Assembly (NCBI GenBank): GCA_964187785.1
Contig: OZ076409.1
Coordinates: 74,526,001-74,590,000 of the forward strand
Reading direction: 5' to 3'
From: Amphiscolops sp. MND2022
Lineage: Eukaryota
Length of the DNA stretch: 64,000 bases
The notes under the pieces were generated by a model, which did not search any database, was not told the origin of the DNA, and worked only from the letters and a program-made list of their open reading frames with translations. Shown piece by piece: positions 62,889 to 64,000 of this stretch (position 1 is the stretch's first letter; every line of letters starts with the position of its first letter). The position numbers and the translations under genes were made by a program.

Positions 62889-64000
62889 GTGGAGGTTATT
62901 TTATAATAATTAAAGTGTTTTTTTCCGGAGTTTGTGGCTTTGGAAAAAACAAAAGGCGAGAAATTGGGCACTCCGGGCTGAACCGTATACACTCAAAATT
63001 CGCCCAATATTTATACGATCTCGAAACCCAGCCGTACGATTTGGCTGAAAATTTGCATGCGGCTAAAAAATCAGATTCTAAGAACTATTTCCTGCTGACA
63101 TTTTTTTGAAATTTTTGTGTACGTTTCCCCCCCGCCCCCTAAAGGGGTCAATTTTCCCCAATTTTGCACTTATGAGCCAAATTCTCAAAACTGGTGGATC
63201 TGAGCGTATTCCCGGCGGGGACAACTTTTAACGCGCGCTCCTCAGTAGACCTTTTTGACTTTTAACTTTGGTGGTACGTTCACCCCCCGAGGAGGAAATG
63301 GCGTTTTTGTGACTTCCGGTCGAGGCTTTTTTCACCCAAAAAATAGAATTAAGCCAATTTTGAGCAGGAAGGAGTGGATTTAAAGTGCCTGTACCCTGCT
63401 AAAAATTTGTTGGGCTTGTAGCGATATATCTCATACCAAGTCTGGTTTTCACCCCCAAACCCCCCTTGGGACCAAAATTCACCCAAACTTTTTTTTTCTC
63501 TGTTTGTAGTTTTTTTTGCAAAATGTCGTCATTTCCATGGGTAAGGAGTTGAATTAGGGGCTCCTAATAGGGTACCAATGTTCAAGTACACTTGCAGTGC
63601 AACTGAGTGACCCTTTTGGGGCCTCTCCTGTGTTCGGCGAGGACCGGAAGTGGTGTAAACCCCCCTTTTTTGACGTTTGTTGACCTTGAGACTCGCGCTT
63701 AGATGACGTTTATGTCGCGCAAATCCTACAAACCAGTATTAGGATGACATGCTAGCCTACTAGAGAGCACTAAGGGAAACTGTACTATACCGGAAGTAAC
63801 CCCCCGTGACCGGAAGTTGTCATTTTTGACCGGAAATGGTCCAAAACATAGCGTAAAAGCAGTTTTCATTGCTTTTAAAGTCAACTTATTACCTTTTCAG
63901 TCTGCGCGAGCTTGTCTTCAGATTCGTTTTTGTTGTCCGTGCACACTACAACAAATATACATCTGTAGAACTTTTGCTATAATATCGTCGGAGAGAGAAA
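62889..64000 (+). mobile_element. Array unit of the ACCGGAAGT family, truncated by the window edge
   Basis: The head closely matches 27133-27300. CCGGAA trio at 63789/63809/63829. 63790-64000 resembles 28021-28230. Confidence 0.55.

Larger units (their letters stand above)
10612..64000 (+). repeat. Heterogeneous head-to-tail array of ~1.3-kb non-coding units (GTG...CTAG), 39 complete plus 1 partial, joined at CTAG|GTG; probably non-autonomous rolling-circle (Helitron-like) elements
   Basis: CTAGGTG at 10612, 12015, 13085, 14364, 15633, 16921, 18201, 19493, 20700, 21975, 23262, 24550, 25838, 27129, 29306, 30593, 31888, 33165, 34456, 35748, 37040, 38333, 39607, 40996, 42285, 43575, 44866, (46882 CTGGGTG), 48171, 49459, 50739, 52030, 53418, 54689, 55771, 57750, 59038, 60318, 61609 and 62885. 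All units have the same orientation. The repeat structure is certain; the mobile-element identity is inferred. Confidence 0.92.

Noticed and set aside
10864..63109. Many recurring 60-130 aa ORFs in the array (e.g. MKFSAQSD..., MPFFRKCTRL..., MRMYSQKAP...)
   Set aside because: They are short, often start at non-ATG codons, are F/K-rich from A/T tracts, and are broken by homopolymer indels between copies. They recur only because the DNA repeats.
10612..64000. CRISPR array (a conserved palindromic repeat with variable intervening DNA)
   Set aside because: Spacing is 1-2 kb, the intervening sequences are themselves repeated, there are no cas genes, and the context is eukaryotic.
10612..64000. 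rDNA, 5S, tRNA, histone or U-snRNA tandem gene cluster
   Set aside because: I recognise no sequence from these families on either strand. An Rfam search would be needed to exclude a divergent small RNA.
10612..64000. LTR, TIR (MITE) or SINE identity for the units
   Set aside because: No TG...CA ends, terminal inverted repeats, target-site duplications, poly(A) tails or recognisable Pol III A/B boxes at the unit boundaries.

Overview
Eukaryotic, probably animal, repetitive DNA. No host gene could be confidently identified. (1) Positions 1-~6470 hold a Helitron-like rolling-circle transposon. Its Rep(HUH)-Pif1 helicase reading frame runs in from the left edge, is broken by one frameshift (~2326-2372), and ends in a degenerate GIY-YIG-like domain. 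A perfect 16-bp-stem hairpin followed by CTAG lies downstream. (2) Positions 6486-9027 are a two-copy ~1.27-kb higher-order repeat built from ~296-bp monomers. (3) From 10612 to the right edge is a >53-kb non-coding head-to-tail array of 39 complete units plus one partial unit. Thirty units are 1269-1295 bp and the rest are 1.07-2.18 kb. The units belong to several partly unrelated sequence families, yet all are joined at the same 7-mer, CTAG|GTG (39 exact junctions, 1 degenerate). Units share structure more than sequence: a covarying 5' hairpin, a ~45-nt bulged subterminal hairpin, and usually a 50-nt palindromic core near the 3' end. Near-identical units recur with different neighbours, and one unit is precisely present or absent between two copies of a duplicated block. 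The array therefore behaves like a shuffled cassette array (integron-like logic) rather than a simple satellite. My best inference is a self-targeting family of non-autonomous rolling-circle elements, possibly served by RepHel proteins like the adjacent one; this link is not demonstrated. All coordinates were counted by eye and may be off by a few bases.
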